Shown one piece after another: positions 50,310 through 60,597 of a stretch of 64,000 nt of DNA. Under the pieces are notes generated by a model. It was given only the letters and a program-made list of their open reading frames with translations, ran no database searches and had not been told where the DNA came from. Both the position numbers and the translations under genes were made by a program. Each line of letters opens with the position of its first letter. The stretch's first letter is position 1. This stretch comes from Candidatus Dojkabacteria bacterium (GTDB lineage Bacteria > Patescibacteriota > Dojkabacteria > SC72 > JAFGCJ01): the NCBI GenBank assembly GCA_016929645.1, contig JAFGIK010000028.1:11402-75401 (forward strand). The letters are read 5' to 3'.

Positions 50310-53129
50310 ATGAAAACACAAATTTTCGAAAAATTAAAATCGCAGCACAAAAAGATTTTTATTGGAGTCTCATGGCCATACGCAAATGGCGATATACACC
50401 TTGGACACCTTGCTGGTCAAAATGTCGTGTGCGATGTTTTTGCCCGTTATCACAGGCTTATTGGAAACGAAGTCCTAATGGTTTCAGGAAGCGATTGTCA
50501 CGGTGCACCTGTTGTTTTTGCCGCAGAAGAAAAAGGCATTAAACCAGAGGAATTTGCAGAAAAATCTCATGAAAATATTTTAAAAACATTTAAGAGACTT
50601 GGATTTTTATATGAAAATTACACTTCAACAACAACAGAAAACCATAAAAAAGTTGCACAAAATGTTTTTTTAGTATTAAAAGAGAAAGGTTATCTTGTTG
50701 AAAAAGAATCTCAACAATACTTCGATCCCAAGGTCAATAGGTTTTTGCCAGACAGATATGTCAGAGGAACTTGCCCAAACTGCAAAGCAGACAATGCCCG
50801 CGGTGATGAATGTCCTGAGTGTGGAGCCTATCTTGATCCAGAGGAGCTAATCAACCCTCGTAGCACATTATCTGATGCCACCCCAATAATCAAACAGACG
50901 AATCATTTTTATCTGGACTTGCGAAAAGCAGCACCAAAACTCAACGAATGGTTGAAAGATAAGAATTACTGGCGAAAATGGGTACTGGAAGTTTCTCGAG
51001 GATGGATTAAAAATGGATTAAAACCTCGGGCTATCACCCGTGACATGGACTACGGAATCAAAGTTCCAGTTGACGGATGGGAAGGAAAAGTCATATACGT
51101 ATGGTTTGAGGCAGTTATCGGATATTTATCTGCAGCAATTGAATGGGCCGCCAAGCAAGGAAACCCCGGCAAATGGGAAGAATTCTGGAAGAATTCAGAA
51201 TGTAAGCATTATTACTTTATTGCAGGCGGAAATGTACCGTTTCACACAATAATATGGCCTGCCGAAATTTTCGCTTACAACGAAAAGTACGAAGATAAGG
51301 CGATATTCGAGAAATATAAACTTCCGGGGGAAACAACACAGGAAAATCTTCAACTTCCTTATGACGTACCTGCAAATAATATGCTGACATTCCGTGGCAA
51401 AAAGATGTCAAAAGGTGACAAAACAGGAATAACCTTACAGAAATTACTTGATGAATACAAATTTAACCCTGATACATTAAGGTATTTTTTTGTAAAAAAT
51501 GCGCCGGAAGATACAAACCGAGACTATATATCAAAAGATCTTGTCGACTCAAATAACAACGAATTGGTGGCAAATATCGGCAATTTTATTAATCGAGTTG
51601 TTTCTTTTACGAATTCGAAGTTTGAAGGAATCGTGCCGGAAGGGCATGTTAATAACGAGACCGAGACTCAGCTTAATGAAACTTTCATTAAAACTGGAAA
51701 ATATATCGAAGAATGCGAATTTGTTAAAGCAATTGAACAAATTCTGGCACTTGGACACTACGCTAATAAGTATTTTAACGATCAAAAACCTTGGGAAAAA
51801 ATAAAAACCGAGCAAGAAAATGCAAGTAACACCATTTACAACTCTATCCAGATTGTGTCTGCATTTGGAACCCTGCTGAAGCCTTTTTTACCGTTCACAG
51901 CAGAAAAAATTCAAAAAATGTTAAATTTTAATGAATTGTATGATCCTAACAAAGAACTTGAATCTAATGGCAAAATATCAAAGTTTGTAAACGTATGGAA
52001 ATTTAATGAAATCCCAGTGGGTCAAAAAATTAACAAACCTGAGATTTTATTTGAAAAGCTCGATTACAGAGAGGAATTCCAAAAGACTGACAACCCTGAA
52101 CCAGAAATCATCATAAGCACTGAAACATCGGGCTTAGATTTCTCAAAGATTGATCCAAACGTTGTTATCGCAAAAATTAAAAGCTCACAGCCACATCCGA
52201 AAGACGCTAAATTAAAAATTCATGAAGTTGAGTCTCGGTCTCCAAGCAGAGTCGTCTGTGCCGCCCAAAACGTAAACCCAGGCGATATCGTCCCGCTCGC
52301 CCTTCCAGGAAGCAAAGTACTTTCGCTTTCAGGGAAAGGCAAACATAAGATCGAAAGTGCCACCATAAAAGGTGAAAAATCAGAGGGAATGCTTTGCGCC
52401 CAAGTAGAACTTGGCATAGGTCAAGACACCAAAAACATATATATCCTTCCAAAATCATTCGAAAAACATATTGGAAAACCGTTATCATCAATCCGTTCAA
52501 TTGGTCTCAACATAGATGAAACCCTAAAAGATGAACCTGTCCTTTGGACTGTCGTTAGGGACATTAACATCAAGAGGAATCGATCGAATAAGTTGAACAA
52601 ATGGATCCATGATCGTGAGCTGGAGGTTGAACAGATAACCAAAAATAAGAAATGGAAAGAAAATGAAATTTATTCTCATTTTCGAGAATTACACAGCAAA
52701 TATGGAGCAGGGGATACTCCAGGAGCAGCAGAGGAGTTGATATCTTTCGTTAATAAAAACCATGCATTGCCAAACATTAACAACTTCGTCGATTTATACA
52801 ACACTTTTTCGGCAACAACAGGAATATCAATAGGAGCTCATGACATAGAAAGGATTGATGGTACGCCACAGCTAAAAATCCTTGAAAAAGATCAAGAATT
52901 CAATCATGTGACAACAAATACAAAAGATGTTGCCAAAAAAGGCGAATACGCATTTACTGATGATAAAGGAGTGATGTGCAGACTGGACATAAAACAGTCG
53001 AACCATACAAATGTCACACAGAAAACTAAAAAAATCCTTATTATTTTCCAAGGAACTAAGACTCTGACAATCAAAGTATTGAAAGAAAAATTAAAGGAAT
53101 TCGAAAAACTAGTTAAAGAACTTCTTTAG
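50310..53129 (+). CDS. metG: Methionyl-tRNA synthetase with C-terminal PheT-like tRNA-binding OB fold and B3/4 domain
   Basis: WPYANGDIHLGH, CPNC..CPECG, YVWFEA, KMSKG; IKGEKSEGMLCAQVELG; LPNINNFVDLYN..SIGAHD. Confidence 0.95.
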   Translation: MKTQIFEKLKSQHKKIFIGVSWPYANGDIHLGHLAGQNVVCDVFARYHRLIGNEVLMVSGSDCHGAPVVFAAEEKGIKPEEFAEKSHENILKTFKRLGFLYENYTSTTTENHKKVAQNVFLVLKEKGYLVEKESQQYFDPKVNRFLPDRYVRGTCPNCKADNARGDECPECGAYLDPEELINPRSTLSDATPIIKQTNHFYLDLRKAAPKLNEWLKDKNYWRKWVLEVSRGWIKNGLKPRAITRDMDYGIKVPVDGWEGKVIYVWFEAVIGYLSAAIEWAAKQGNPGKWEEFWKNSECKHYYFIAGGNVPFHTIIWPAEIFAYNEKYEDKAIFEKYKLPGETTQENLQLPYDVPANNMLTFRGKKMSKGDKTGITLQKLLDEYKFNPDTLRYFFVKNAPEDTNRDYISKDLVDSNNNELVANIGNFINRVVSFTNSKFEGIVPEGHVNNETETQLNETFIKTGKYIEECEFVKAIEQILALGHYANKYFNDQKPWEKIKTEQENASNTIYNSIQIVSAFGTLLKPFLPFTAEKIQKMLNFNELYDPNKELESNGKISKFVNVWKFNEIPVGQKINKPEILFEKLDYREEFQKTDNPEPEIIISTETSGLDFSKIDPNVVIAKIKSSQPHPKDAKLKIHEVESRSPSRVVCAAQNVNPGDIVPLALPGSKVLSLSGKGKHKIESATIKGEKSEGMLCAQVELGIGQDTKNIYILPKSFEKHIGKPLSSIRSIGLNIDETLKDEPVLWTVVRDINIKRNRSNKLNKWIHDRELEVEQITKNKKWKENEIYSHFRELHSKYGAGDTPGAAEELISFVNKNHALPNINNFVDLYNTFSATTGISIGAHDIERIDGTPQLKILEKDQEFNHVTTNTKDVAKKGEYAFTDDKGVMCRLDIKQSNHTNVTQKTKKILIIFQGTKTLTIKVLKEKLKEFEKLVKELL
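51657..51688 (+). repeat. Dispersed repeat copy C (core plus one arm) within metG
   Basis: GAGACCGAGACTCAGCTTAATGAAACTTTCAT; 17 nt contiguous identity to copy A. Confidence 0.7.
52212..52243 (-). repeat. Dispersed repeat copy D (core plus one arm) within metG
   Basis: Minus strand AGACCGAGACTCAACTTCATGAATTTTTAA; 27/30 identical to copy A. Confidence 0.75.
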
Positions 53130-54573
53130 AACTAGTAGATAATCCAGCATTAAAACCAAACTGTTGCCATCTATCGACCCAGTTTTTCTTAATCTTTTGA
53201 GCAACATTTGTCAAATCATTCAATTGATTAAATATTGTTTCCCAAAGTTCAATATATTTGTCAGAATCAGGTGTAACTTGCCTATCACCTCTTTTGCGCT
53301 TAATCTTTTTCTTACCACTAAGTAGTTCTACAAGTTCAAATTTCATTCGCATCCTGTCAAGTCGAGCCTGCGTTCTTGTTGACACTGGATCAGTAAGCTT
53401 TGCTTTCTTTTCAAGATACTCAACAGCTTTTGCGTAGTTAATCCGAGCAATCTCAAGATCTTTATTAAACCTATCTTTATCCTCTCTATCGGTACCAGCG
53501 AGTGCTATATCAGCCAGATCTTCATGCCAGGCGTTTGAATTGGCTAAGGCATTCGCAAGATAGCGTTCAACTCGGTCTACATGTTCATCTGAAGCTTTTT
53601 CATAAAGGTCTTCGAGAGAGTTAACTGCCGTTGAAAATGCATCTGTAGTTAACACTTCCAAAAATGCCAACGGATTTCCAGATAATATGACATCATCAAA
53701 AATCTCAGATATTCGTGCGCAATGTAATTCTTCAGAATTCATTTGCGGAATACTTTCGTACATTTTTCGCAAAACCATACCTTTTTGATTGAGAAGCATG
53801 TCGTAAACAATAAGAAATTCTGGATCATCAAGATCTTTACGATCCAATAAATCTATACCTACAGTTGTATTGTTTAAAGCAGCTTGGTAGTAATAAAACT
53901 TATCATCAAGTTTAGGTTCAAAATAGGCTTCACAATATTTGAAAAATATTGCAGTTCGTAGCAATCCTCTAGCATAGTTAAGTCTTGCATAACGAGAGAT
54001 AAGTTCATTTTCGGATTGTGAGTTTTTTTTATAAAATGATTCATAATATTGAAACATGGCATTAAAATGATTTCGCCATAAGTTTCTATCCTGCTTATTC
54101 CATTCTGTATGAGGTTTCATTTCCCACATACTCCCTGTTATATAGCGGAGTAAAACATAATTCAAAGCATCTGCCTTTCCTAGTTGGAACATTTCTTTAT
54201 AATAAGAAACATAATATCTGTAATCCCAAGATAAAGTTTGATTTTCTTGTTTTCCATGAAGTTCTAGTGCCCAATCAGTACACAAAGCTAATCGCTCAGC
54301 CATAAATGCTCTACCAGCAAAAGCTCTTTGGTCTCGATCTTCCGGCCTTTCCTTCTTATGAAGATCCTCTAACCTGATCATTGCGAGATGTATCGTCTCA
54401 GCTAGTGAAATTTGAGCTAATAGTGCCTCTTCTGATTCAGGTCCTTGTTGATTGCATAGCTCAATATATTGTTCTATATAAGAAGGAACTTTAGCTTCAA
54501 GCTTTGATAAAAGTTCAGAATGTGTAGAATATTCGCCAAGCATTTCTTGAAACTCTATAACATTTTCACTCAT
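53113..54573 (-). CDS. Hypothetical alpha-helical (TPR-like) protein
   Basis: 486-aa ORF with helical-repeat character, no catalytic motif recognised. Confidence 0.65.
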   Translation of the reverse strand: MSENVIEFQEMLGEYSTHSELLSKLEAKVPSYIEQYIELCNQQGPESEEALLAQISLAETIHLAMIRLEDLHKKERPEDRDQRAFAGRAFMAERLALCTDWALELHGKQENQTLSWDYRYYVSYYKEMFQLGKADALNYVLLRYITGSMWEMKPHTEWNKQDRNLWRNHFNAMFQYYESFYKKNSQSENELISRYARLNYARGLLRTAIFFKYCEAYFEPKLDDKFYYYQAALNNTTVGIDLLDRKDLDDPEFLIVYDMLLNQKGMVLRKMYESIPQMNSEELHCARISEIFDDVILSGNPLAFLEVLTTDAFSTAVNSLEDLYEKASDEHVDRVERYLANALANSNAWHEDLADIALAGTDREDKDRFNKDLEIARINYAKAVEYLEKKAKLTDPVSTRTQARLDRMRMKFELVELLSGKKKIKRKRGDRQVTPDSDKYIELWETIFNQLNDLTNVAQKIKKNWVDRWQQFGFNAGLSTSSKEVL

Positions 54574-54685
54574 TACTATTACTGTTCAAAACTTATTAAT
54601 ACCCTATAACATATTATACCATACAATACTACATATTTCACCATAAAAGATTACTCTTTTAGCAGATATTCGAACTTTCTTTTTA

Positions 54686-55261
54686 CTACACCTTCTTATA
54701 CAAATATACGAACCTCTTTAGCACTGATGTTTTTGTTTTGAGCTTAAGTTCAGACGATTTTATAGGGAAAATTATACTGGCAATATAAGTGCCTTTTTTG
54801 AGATCGGCTTCAAATTTTTTGACAAGCTCCGGCATTCGGCTTGGAATTCCGAAAATATAGATTTTATTAAATTTTAATAAATCAACATTTCTGTAGTCTT
54901 CATTAAGAATCAATATTTTTCGTTTATTAAACGAAAAAAAGCGATAAAACACGGAAAAAAGATAGAGAATCTTGCGAATTTCAATTCCAGTAGAATTTAC
55001 GCCATATTTCCTTGATGCAAAAAATAAAACTTTGCCAGTTCCTGAGCCGATATCTACAAACATATCAGATGGTTTTAATTTAAGAAGAGTTAAGGCTTTT
55101 TTCATGAAAATATCACGACTTGGAAGATATGGTACAAGACTTTTGTTTTTTAACGTTTTTTGAAAAGTTAGCTGTATAAAAATAATCCTTATTGAAAGAA
55201 ATATTAATGATACAGCCAAACCTAGACGTATTATATTAACCAGCAAATGCCAGTAATTCAT
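54686..55261 (-). CDS. Class I SAM methyltransferase with N-terminal TM
   Basis: VPYLPS, FVDIGSGTGK, GIEI. Confidence 0.82.
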   Translation of the reverse strand: MNYWHLLVNIIRLGLAVSLIFLSIRIIFIQLTFQKTLKNKSLVPYLPSRDIFMKKALTLLKLKPSDMFVDIGSGTGKVLFFASRKYGVNSTGIEIRKILYLFSVFYRFFSFNKRKILILNEDYRNVDLLKFNKIYIFGIPSRMPELVKKFEADLKKGTYIASIIFPIKSSELKLKTKTSVLKRFVYLYKKV

Positions 55262-55342
55262 CTGTTGTTAATCAAAAGTTAATTAATAGTACAATTGCAC
55301 GAAAAATTAAAACTTTTTCAAACAGGCATTTCACTACTCATA

Positions 55343-57757
55343 CTATTCAACCTCAACTGGCCATTTTTCCATCATCAAGAGTCCTGATTTATGACCATCT
55401 TCTAACAACCCCATACCCTTGAGATTCTGCCAAATATATTCTGTTACAAACGGTGCAAAAGGATGAATCAATTTTAATGAAGTAATAATAATCGTCAACA
55501 AACGGGACATAAATTTCGCCTTATTTTCAGGATCTTCATCAATAAGCTTTTTCGTTTCTTCGATCCATTGGTCACAAACGGTGTGCCAGAAGAATTCCCT
55601 TAATTCTTCAACAGCAAGATTAAATCTATATTTATTGATGTAATCTGTAATCCTTGTTGCCGTAGCATAAGTTTGCTTGAGCCACTCGTCATCAGCATTC
55701 TTTAGATTCATTAAATTTTCATTAATTTCACCATCAAGTTGTTTAATTTCATTTTCATTAAACAAATCCTCCAACTTCATCATGACAAAGCGACTGGCAT
55801 TCCATATCTTATTTACAAAATTTCGATTACCCATCAACTTATCATCCATGATTGGAGTACTTTGACCAGGAAGTGTTGCAGTGTAGTACCACAGACGGAG
55901 TGCATCAGCACCATATTTCTTTAACACATCAGCAGGCTCAACTCCATTTCCTTTGGATTTAGACATTTTCTGACCATCTGCCGCCAAAATCATGCCATGC
56001 AAGTAAACTGTATGAAAAGGAGTTTTCCCAGTACGATACATAGACATCATCATCATTCTGGCAACCCAGAAAAACAAAATGTCACGAGCAGTTTCCATTA
56101 CATCTGTTGGGAAAAATTTCTTAAAATCTTCTCCTTCAGGTCCACCCATAGTTGAGAAAGTCCACTGACCTGATGAATACCACGTGTCAAAAACATCTTC
56201 TTCTTGAACAATATCAACATCAGCTGCAGATTTTCCACATTTTTCGCACTTTTCAGGCTTATCTATAGCAGCCATGGCATTACCGCAACCGTTTACTTTT
56301 TCCCCAGTTTCCTTTTCGAAATCCTCGATAGACTTGTCAGGATTGCTTAACTTCCAGTCAAAGAACTTCTTAGAACCACAGTACCAAACTGGAATTTGAT
56401 GTCCCCACCAAAGTTGACGAGAAATACACCATGGCTCGAGTTTTTCAAACCACTGGCGCAGCACCCGATGCTGATTTTCAGGTAGCACTACAGTTTCCCT
56501 TTTATCCAAGGCTTCAATGCATTTTTCTGCCAAGGATTTTATGTTTACAAACCATTGTTTTGACATAATTTGTTCAATGTCATTCTTGCAACGCTCACAA
56601 ACAATAACCTCGTGCGGAAAATCCTCAACTTTAACCAACAATCCCTCATTTTTAAGATCTTCAATAACCGCATCACGACACTCTTTTACCGTCATACCCT
56701 GGTATTTCTCAGGTGCATTGTCATTCATTTTTCCTTCTTCATTGATCACATTTATGACTTCAAGATTGTGCTCTTTGCCAATGCCAAAGTCGATAGATGA
56801 ATGAGCAGGTGTTACTTTCAAAGCGCCTGTACCAAAATCCTTATCAACTTCTCTTGCAGCAATAACTGGAATCTCCCTGTCTGTTAATGGCAATTTAACT
56901 TTTTTACCAACAAGATCTTTGTATCGATCATCATCAGTAGAAACTGCTACTGCAGTGTCTCCAAGCATAGTTTCAGGTCGAGTTGTTGCTACAGTGACAA
57001 ACTTAGTCGGGTCATCAGCATACGGATATTTGATATATGCAAAGATGCCTTTTTTCTCAATATGATCTGTATCAATATTGGCAAGTGCTGTCTTACAGTG
57101 GGTACACTGGTTAATGATGTACTCGTCTCGATAAACCATACCTTCATTAAACATTTTAATGAAAGTTTCAAAAATAACTTTATTTAGGCCTTCGTCAAGA
57201 GTAAATTTTTCACGTGACCAATCGGAAGATAGACCAATTCTTTTTTCCTGCTGCCTTGCATGATCAGCATTTTTTGTACAAAATTCATAGGCTTTATGAT
57301 AAAACTTTTCTCTACCGATTTCCCATTTATCAAGGCCTCTTTCTGCCAACACTTTTGTAAAAACGGCTTCCGTTTGTATCCCTGCATGATCTTTACCAGG
57401 TAAAAGTAGGGTAGGCCGACCATTCATTCGATTGTAACGACCCATACAATCCTGAAAAGAATAACCACACATATGGCCAATATGAAGCTCTCCGTTTGCA
57501 TTTGGAGGTGGCTGTGTTATGACAAAAGGCTTTTTCGATTTTACTTCTTTCTTTGTCGAACTTTCTGTCTTTGATGACTCTTCATGAAGATCAGAAATCA
57601 TTTTGTCTGGATTAAAATAACCCGAATCTTCCCATAATTTATACATCTGCATTTCATCATCAGGCGTATATTTTTTGGGAATTTGAAACGAATCACTGGT
57701 AGAAGATTTCTCTCCAGCATTATTTTCTTTCTCAGCTTTTATTTCTTTGCCAGCCAT
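55343..57757 (-). CDS. valS: Valyl-tRNA synthetase (no C-terminal coiled-coil arm)
   Basis: PPPNANGELHIGH, DHAGIQT, ATTRPETMLGD, WCISRQLWWGHQIP, KMSKS. Confidence 0.97.
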   Translation of the reverse strand: MAGKEIKAEKENNAGEKSSTSDSFQIPKKYTPDDEMQMYKLWEDSGYFNPDKMISDLHEESSKTESSTKKEVKSKKPFVITQPPPNANGELHIGHMCGYSFQDCMGRYNRMNGRPTLLLPGKDHAGIQTEAVFTKVLAERGLDKWEIGREKFYHKAYEFCTKNADHARQQEKRIGLSSDWSREKFTLDEGLNKVIFETFIKMFNEGMVYRDEYIINQCTHCKTALANIDTDHIEKKGIFAYIKYPYADDPTKFVTVATTRPETMLGDTAVAVSTDDDRYKDLVGKKVKLPLTDREIPVIAAREVDKDFGTGALKVTPAHSSIDFGIGKEHNLEVINVINEEGKMNDNAPEKYQGMTVKECRDAVIEDLKNEGLLVKVEDFPHEVIVCERCKNDIEQIMSKQWFVNIKSLAEKCIEALDKRETVVLPENQHRVLRQWFEKLEPWCISRQLWWGHQIPVWYCGSKKFFDWKLSNPDKSIEDFEKETGEKVNGCGNAMAAIDKPEKCEKCGKSAADVDIVQEEDVFDTWYSSGQWTFSTMGGPEGEDFKKFFPTDVMETARDILFFWVARMMMMSMYRTGKTPFHTVYLHGMILAADGQKMSKSKGNGVEPADVLKKYGADALRLWYYTATLPGQSTPIMDDKLMGNRNFVNKIWNASRFVMMKLEDLFNENEIKQLDGEINENLMNLKNADDEWLKQTYATATRITDYINKYRFNLAVEELREFFWHTVCDQWIEETKKLIDEDPENKAKFMSRLLTIIITSLKLIHPFAPFVTEYIWQNLKGMGLLEDGHKSGLLMMEKWPVEVE

Positions 57758-57781
57758 ATGCTTTATTTAAAAATTTATATC

Positions 57782-58049
57782 AAAAAAAATCCGTCCTCAT
57801 CAGATTAATAAAAATTAACCTGAAAAGGACGGATTTCTATATATAATTCTCCGTGGTACCACCTTTTTTTCTTCAAAAGTTACCTTTATGAAGCTCTTTT
57901 CCATACTATCTCAATGAAGCATTAATATGGGACTGAATCACCAGCTCAGCAACTGCCAGAGTCTATTCGCTTTATTAGAAATTTGGCTAACAAAGTTTTC
58001 TTTCTGAACCTCCAGAGTGACTAGCTCTGTACATTCGGTTTATTAAATT
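57782..58049 (-). promoter_or_regulatory. T-box riboswitch (transcriptional) upstream of valS
   Basis: T-box AAGGTGGTACCACGG pairing with CCGTCCTT; terminator AAATCCGTCCT..AGGACGGATTTTTTTT; Stem III CTTCA..TGAAG; promoter TTGAAG-17-TAAAAT at 58084-58056. Confidence 0.88.
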
Positions 58050-58092
58050 AAGAAAATTTTAACAAAAAATAAAGGAATCTTCAATGTTAATT

Positions 58093-58120
58093 AAAAGCCC
58101 CGCCGTTAGGCGGGGCTTTT
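58093..58120. terminator. Intrinsic terminator after the surface protein gene
   Basis: AAAAGCCCCGCC-GTTA-GGCGGGGCTTTT. Confidence 0.85.
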
Positions 58121-58143
58121 GCTTACTTATTCATCAAGTATAC

Positions 58144-59385
58144 TTATGCTTGCTTCTTTGGCCTTACCACCAATACTGCTCCCATCAACCCTAATCCTGA
58201 CATTACTCCCAATACAACACTAGCCCCTGTATCTGCAAGTAAATCATATATATCAAACGCCTGCGATAACTCTGCACTTACAGTATATGATGATCCACTT
58301 AACACTGCATTCAATTGATATGTACCTACTGTATTTACTGCCAAATCACTAAAAGTCGCTACTCCATCTACCACTGGTCTTGTTAAGGTACCTACTATCT
58401 GTCCATCTCCTCCGACCAAGTTTAATGTAACATATGTATCTGCCTCGTCTAATAATGTATCAAATTGATCCATTACCCTTACCTGTATTGGTGCCATTGT
58501 ATTACTTACCTGCGTATCCACTGGCTGTACGTTGAATTCAATCTGATATTCTCTCTCTAACGTAACCTCTAGATCAAGTGAAAATATCTGATCAGCAACA
58601 TCATCATCATCACTAAAGATTGCTACACCGCCTGTGTAATTCCCTGGCCCAGTAGCGTTTACTCCCATTACTAAATTTACACTCTCCAATGGATCTAATG
58701 TATATATTCCTGTTCCTGGTCCGTATACATAAAAATCACCAAGAATATTATTTGGATTTATCTCTAATGGCAAATGTCCATCATTTCTAACAGTAAAAGA
58801 AAACGGTGTTAACGATGTAGATGTACTTGATACAAGTTGTCCATTTGTTAATGCTGTCGTATCCTCATATACTCCAATCTCTGGGGTTGCTTCAAATACG
58901 AGGAATGCAAAATCTGTTGTCGGATGCCAAATGTTATCAAATAGTGCTTGACCTAATGCATAAGGTGTCGCGCTATAGTATAGACCAAATTCACTGCCAT
59001 CAGATCTTCTAACCAAAATTGAATAAGTAGAACCACTAACTATATTGAAATCTTCGAATATACACTCAATTTGAGTATAACCTCCATTTACTGTTGTCCG
59101 ACAGTTTTGTCCTTGGACTCCTGAAGCATAATCGTATGATTGACCATTGACTAGATACATTTCCTGAAAAGGAGCAAACAGAGAATACATTCTGACAACA
59201 ACATCCTCTGTACTAGCCTGAGCAACAAATGATTGACCCGAAAGATATAAGCTACCAGACCCAGAAGGCTGAGGTGCACTCACCTCTATCACATCATCTG
59301 GTGCAGCAAGAACATTTTTTGGAAAAAATAATACCAAACCAAATGCCATAAACATAGCTAAAAACAGCTTTGTATAAACCCTCAT
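58144..59385 (-). CDS. Secreted Ig-like surface protein with LPXTG-like sorting signal
   Basis: Signal peptide ..VLA-A; PEIGV..FTVRNDG; GVATFSDL; LADTG, TM, RPKK. Confidence 0.8.
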   Translation of the reverse strand: MRVYTKLFLAMFMAFGLVLFFPKNVLAAPDDVIEVSAPQPSGSGSLYLSGQSFVAQASTEDVVVRMYSLFAPFQEMYLVNGQSYDYASGVQGQNCRTTVNGGYTQIECIFEDFNIVSGSTYSILVRRSDGSEFGLYYSATPYALGQALFDNIWHPTTDFAFLVFEATPEIGVYEDTTALTNGQLVSSTSTSLTPFSFTVRNDGHLPLEINPNNILGDFYVYGPGTGIYTLDPLESVNLVMGVNATGPGNYTGGVAIFSDDDDVADQIFSLDLEVTLEREYQIEFNVQPVDTQVSNTMAPIQVRVMDQFDTLLDEADTYVTLNLVGGDGQIVGTLTRPVVDGVATFSDLAVNTVGTYQLNAVLSGSSYTVSAELSQAFDIYDLLADTGASVVLGVMSGLGLMGAVLVVRPKKQA

Positions 59386-59526
59386 AAATACTTTATTAAA
59401 AAAATTATTCTAAGCTATTAGCTTACAAAAAATTCCATCAGAAATCAATACTGAGAATGAACTTTTAAATTAAATTTGGTTAACATCTCCTTGCCCAAAA
59501 CCGTGAGGATCTTTTCACAATAACCT

Positions 59527-60483
59527 GTGCTCAACTCCATTAGGAATTTTGATAAAGATACGCTACAATCCCGAGTAGTGAAAAATATCTTATCCATAAG
59601 AAAAGAAGTCAAAAATCCCGAAATATTTGACATTACGATCGATAATATTTCACAGTTATTAAAGTACAATTCAGTAGAGAGTACTTTTTTTTTCTATCCA
59701 TTTGATCTTACAACAACAGCCAAAAGTTTTACTATCCAACCCTTTGATGAATATGTAGCAAATATATCTTGTTCACAACAATCTACATATAGAAAAATTC
59801 GATTTTTTGGCAAAAATTTCTTTGGATTGATACTTGGGTTAATAATTTTCATCATATTTGCACTAATAAAACCCGATGATCTTGTCTCTGTCCAATCCGT
59901 TGTTTCAATTTTTGGTGCCTATACTGTAGGAAAAGAAATGTGGGATGATATTGATTCAATACTGTCAACAATAACAAGGGCACTACCTGTTCGATGGATT
60001 TCTCAAAAATATCATTACTTAAGAGAGGAATATGGAACTATCAGACAATTTTGGGAGAAAGCAAGAATTCACAGATACCAGAAGTCAAGTATATTGCCTT
60101 TAAAAATGGATTTTATAAAGCACAGCAATTCAAAGACAGTCGTTCTTTTTTTCACAAAAAGATCATTGAAAAATTCAAATAAGGAAACAGCAAGAATAGC
60201 CTCTATCATAATAAAACCTGAATATATTAGCAAAATTAGAGAAAAAGGATTTATGTTTGGAGTAAAAATTATGCTTACTAAAACATTTTTGTTTTTTAAC
60301 TATGATGTCGAGCTTTTTCAGGCAATGACTACTGACGGAAAACTCAAAATCGGAACAGTTGACTCATCATATATCTGGCATGAAAAAACTATCTTGTTAA
60401 GAAAAATATTACGAATAGGAAGATTAAAGCTATACTTGAGCAAAGAAAACAGGAAAGAAGAGCTCATAATTTCTTCGAAATAA
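59527..60483 (+). CDS. Hypothetical membrane protein
   Basis: 318-aa ORF with central TM pair; GTG start uncertain. Confidence 0.65.
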   Translation: MLNSIRNFDKDTLQSRVVKNILSIRKEVKNPEIFDITIDNISQLLKYNSVESTFFFYPFDLTTTAKSFTIQPFDEYVANISCSQQSTYRKIRFFGKNFFGLILGLIIFIIFALIKPDDLVSVQSVVSIFGAYTVGKEMWDDIDSILSTITRALPVRWISQKYHYLREEYGTIRQFWEKARIHRYQKSSILPLKMDFIKHSNSKTVVLFFTKRSLKNSNKETARIASIIIKPEYISKIREKGFMFGVKIMLTKTFLFFNYDVELFQAMTTDGKLKIGTVDSSYIWHEKTILLRKILRIGRLKLYLSKENRKEELIISSK

Positions 60484-60597
60484 GAGGTTTTTTATAATAT
60501 TATGATTATCACTTCAGAAAAGCCTGACAAAATGGGATTATTTTTTACAAATCTGATATAATGCCTTGTATGACACCGCTTTTGAATCAATCGAATT

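Noticed and set aside
55343-55420. ValRS truncation as a pseudogene
   Set aside because: Clean end after the anticodon-binding domain with all catalytic motifs intact; short ValRS forms exist
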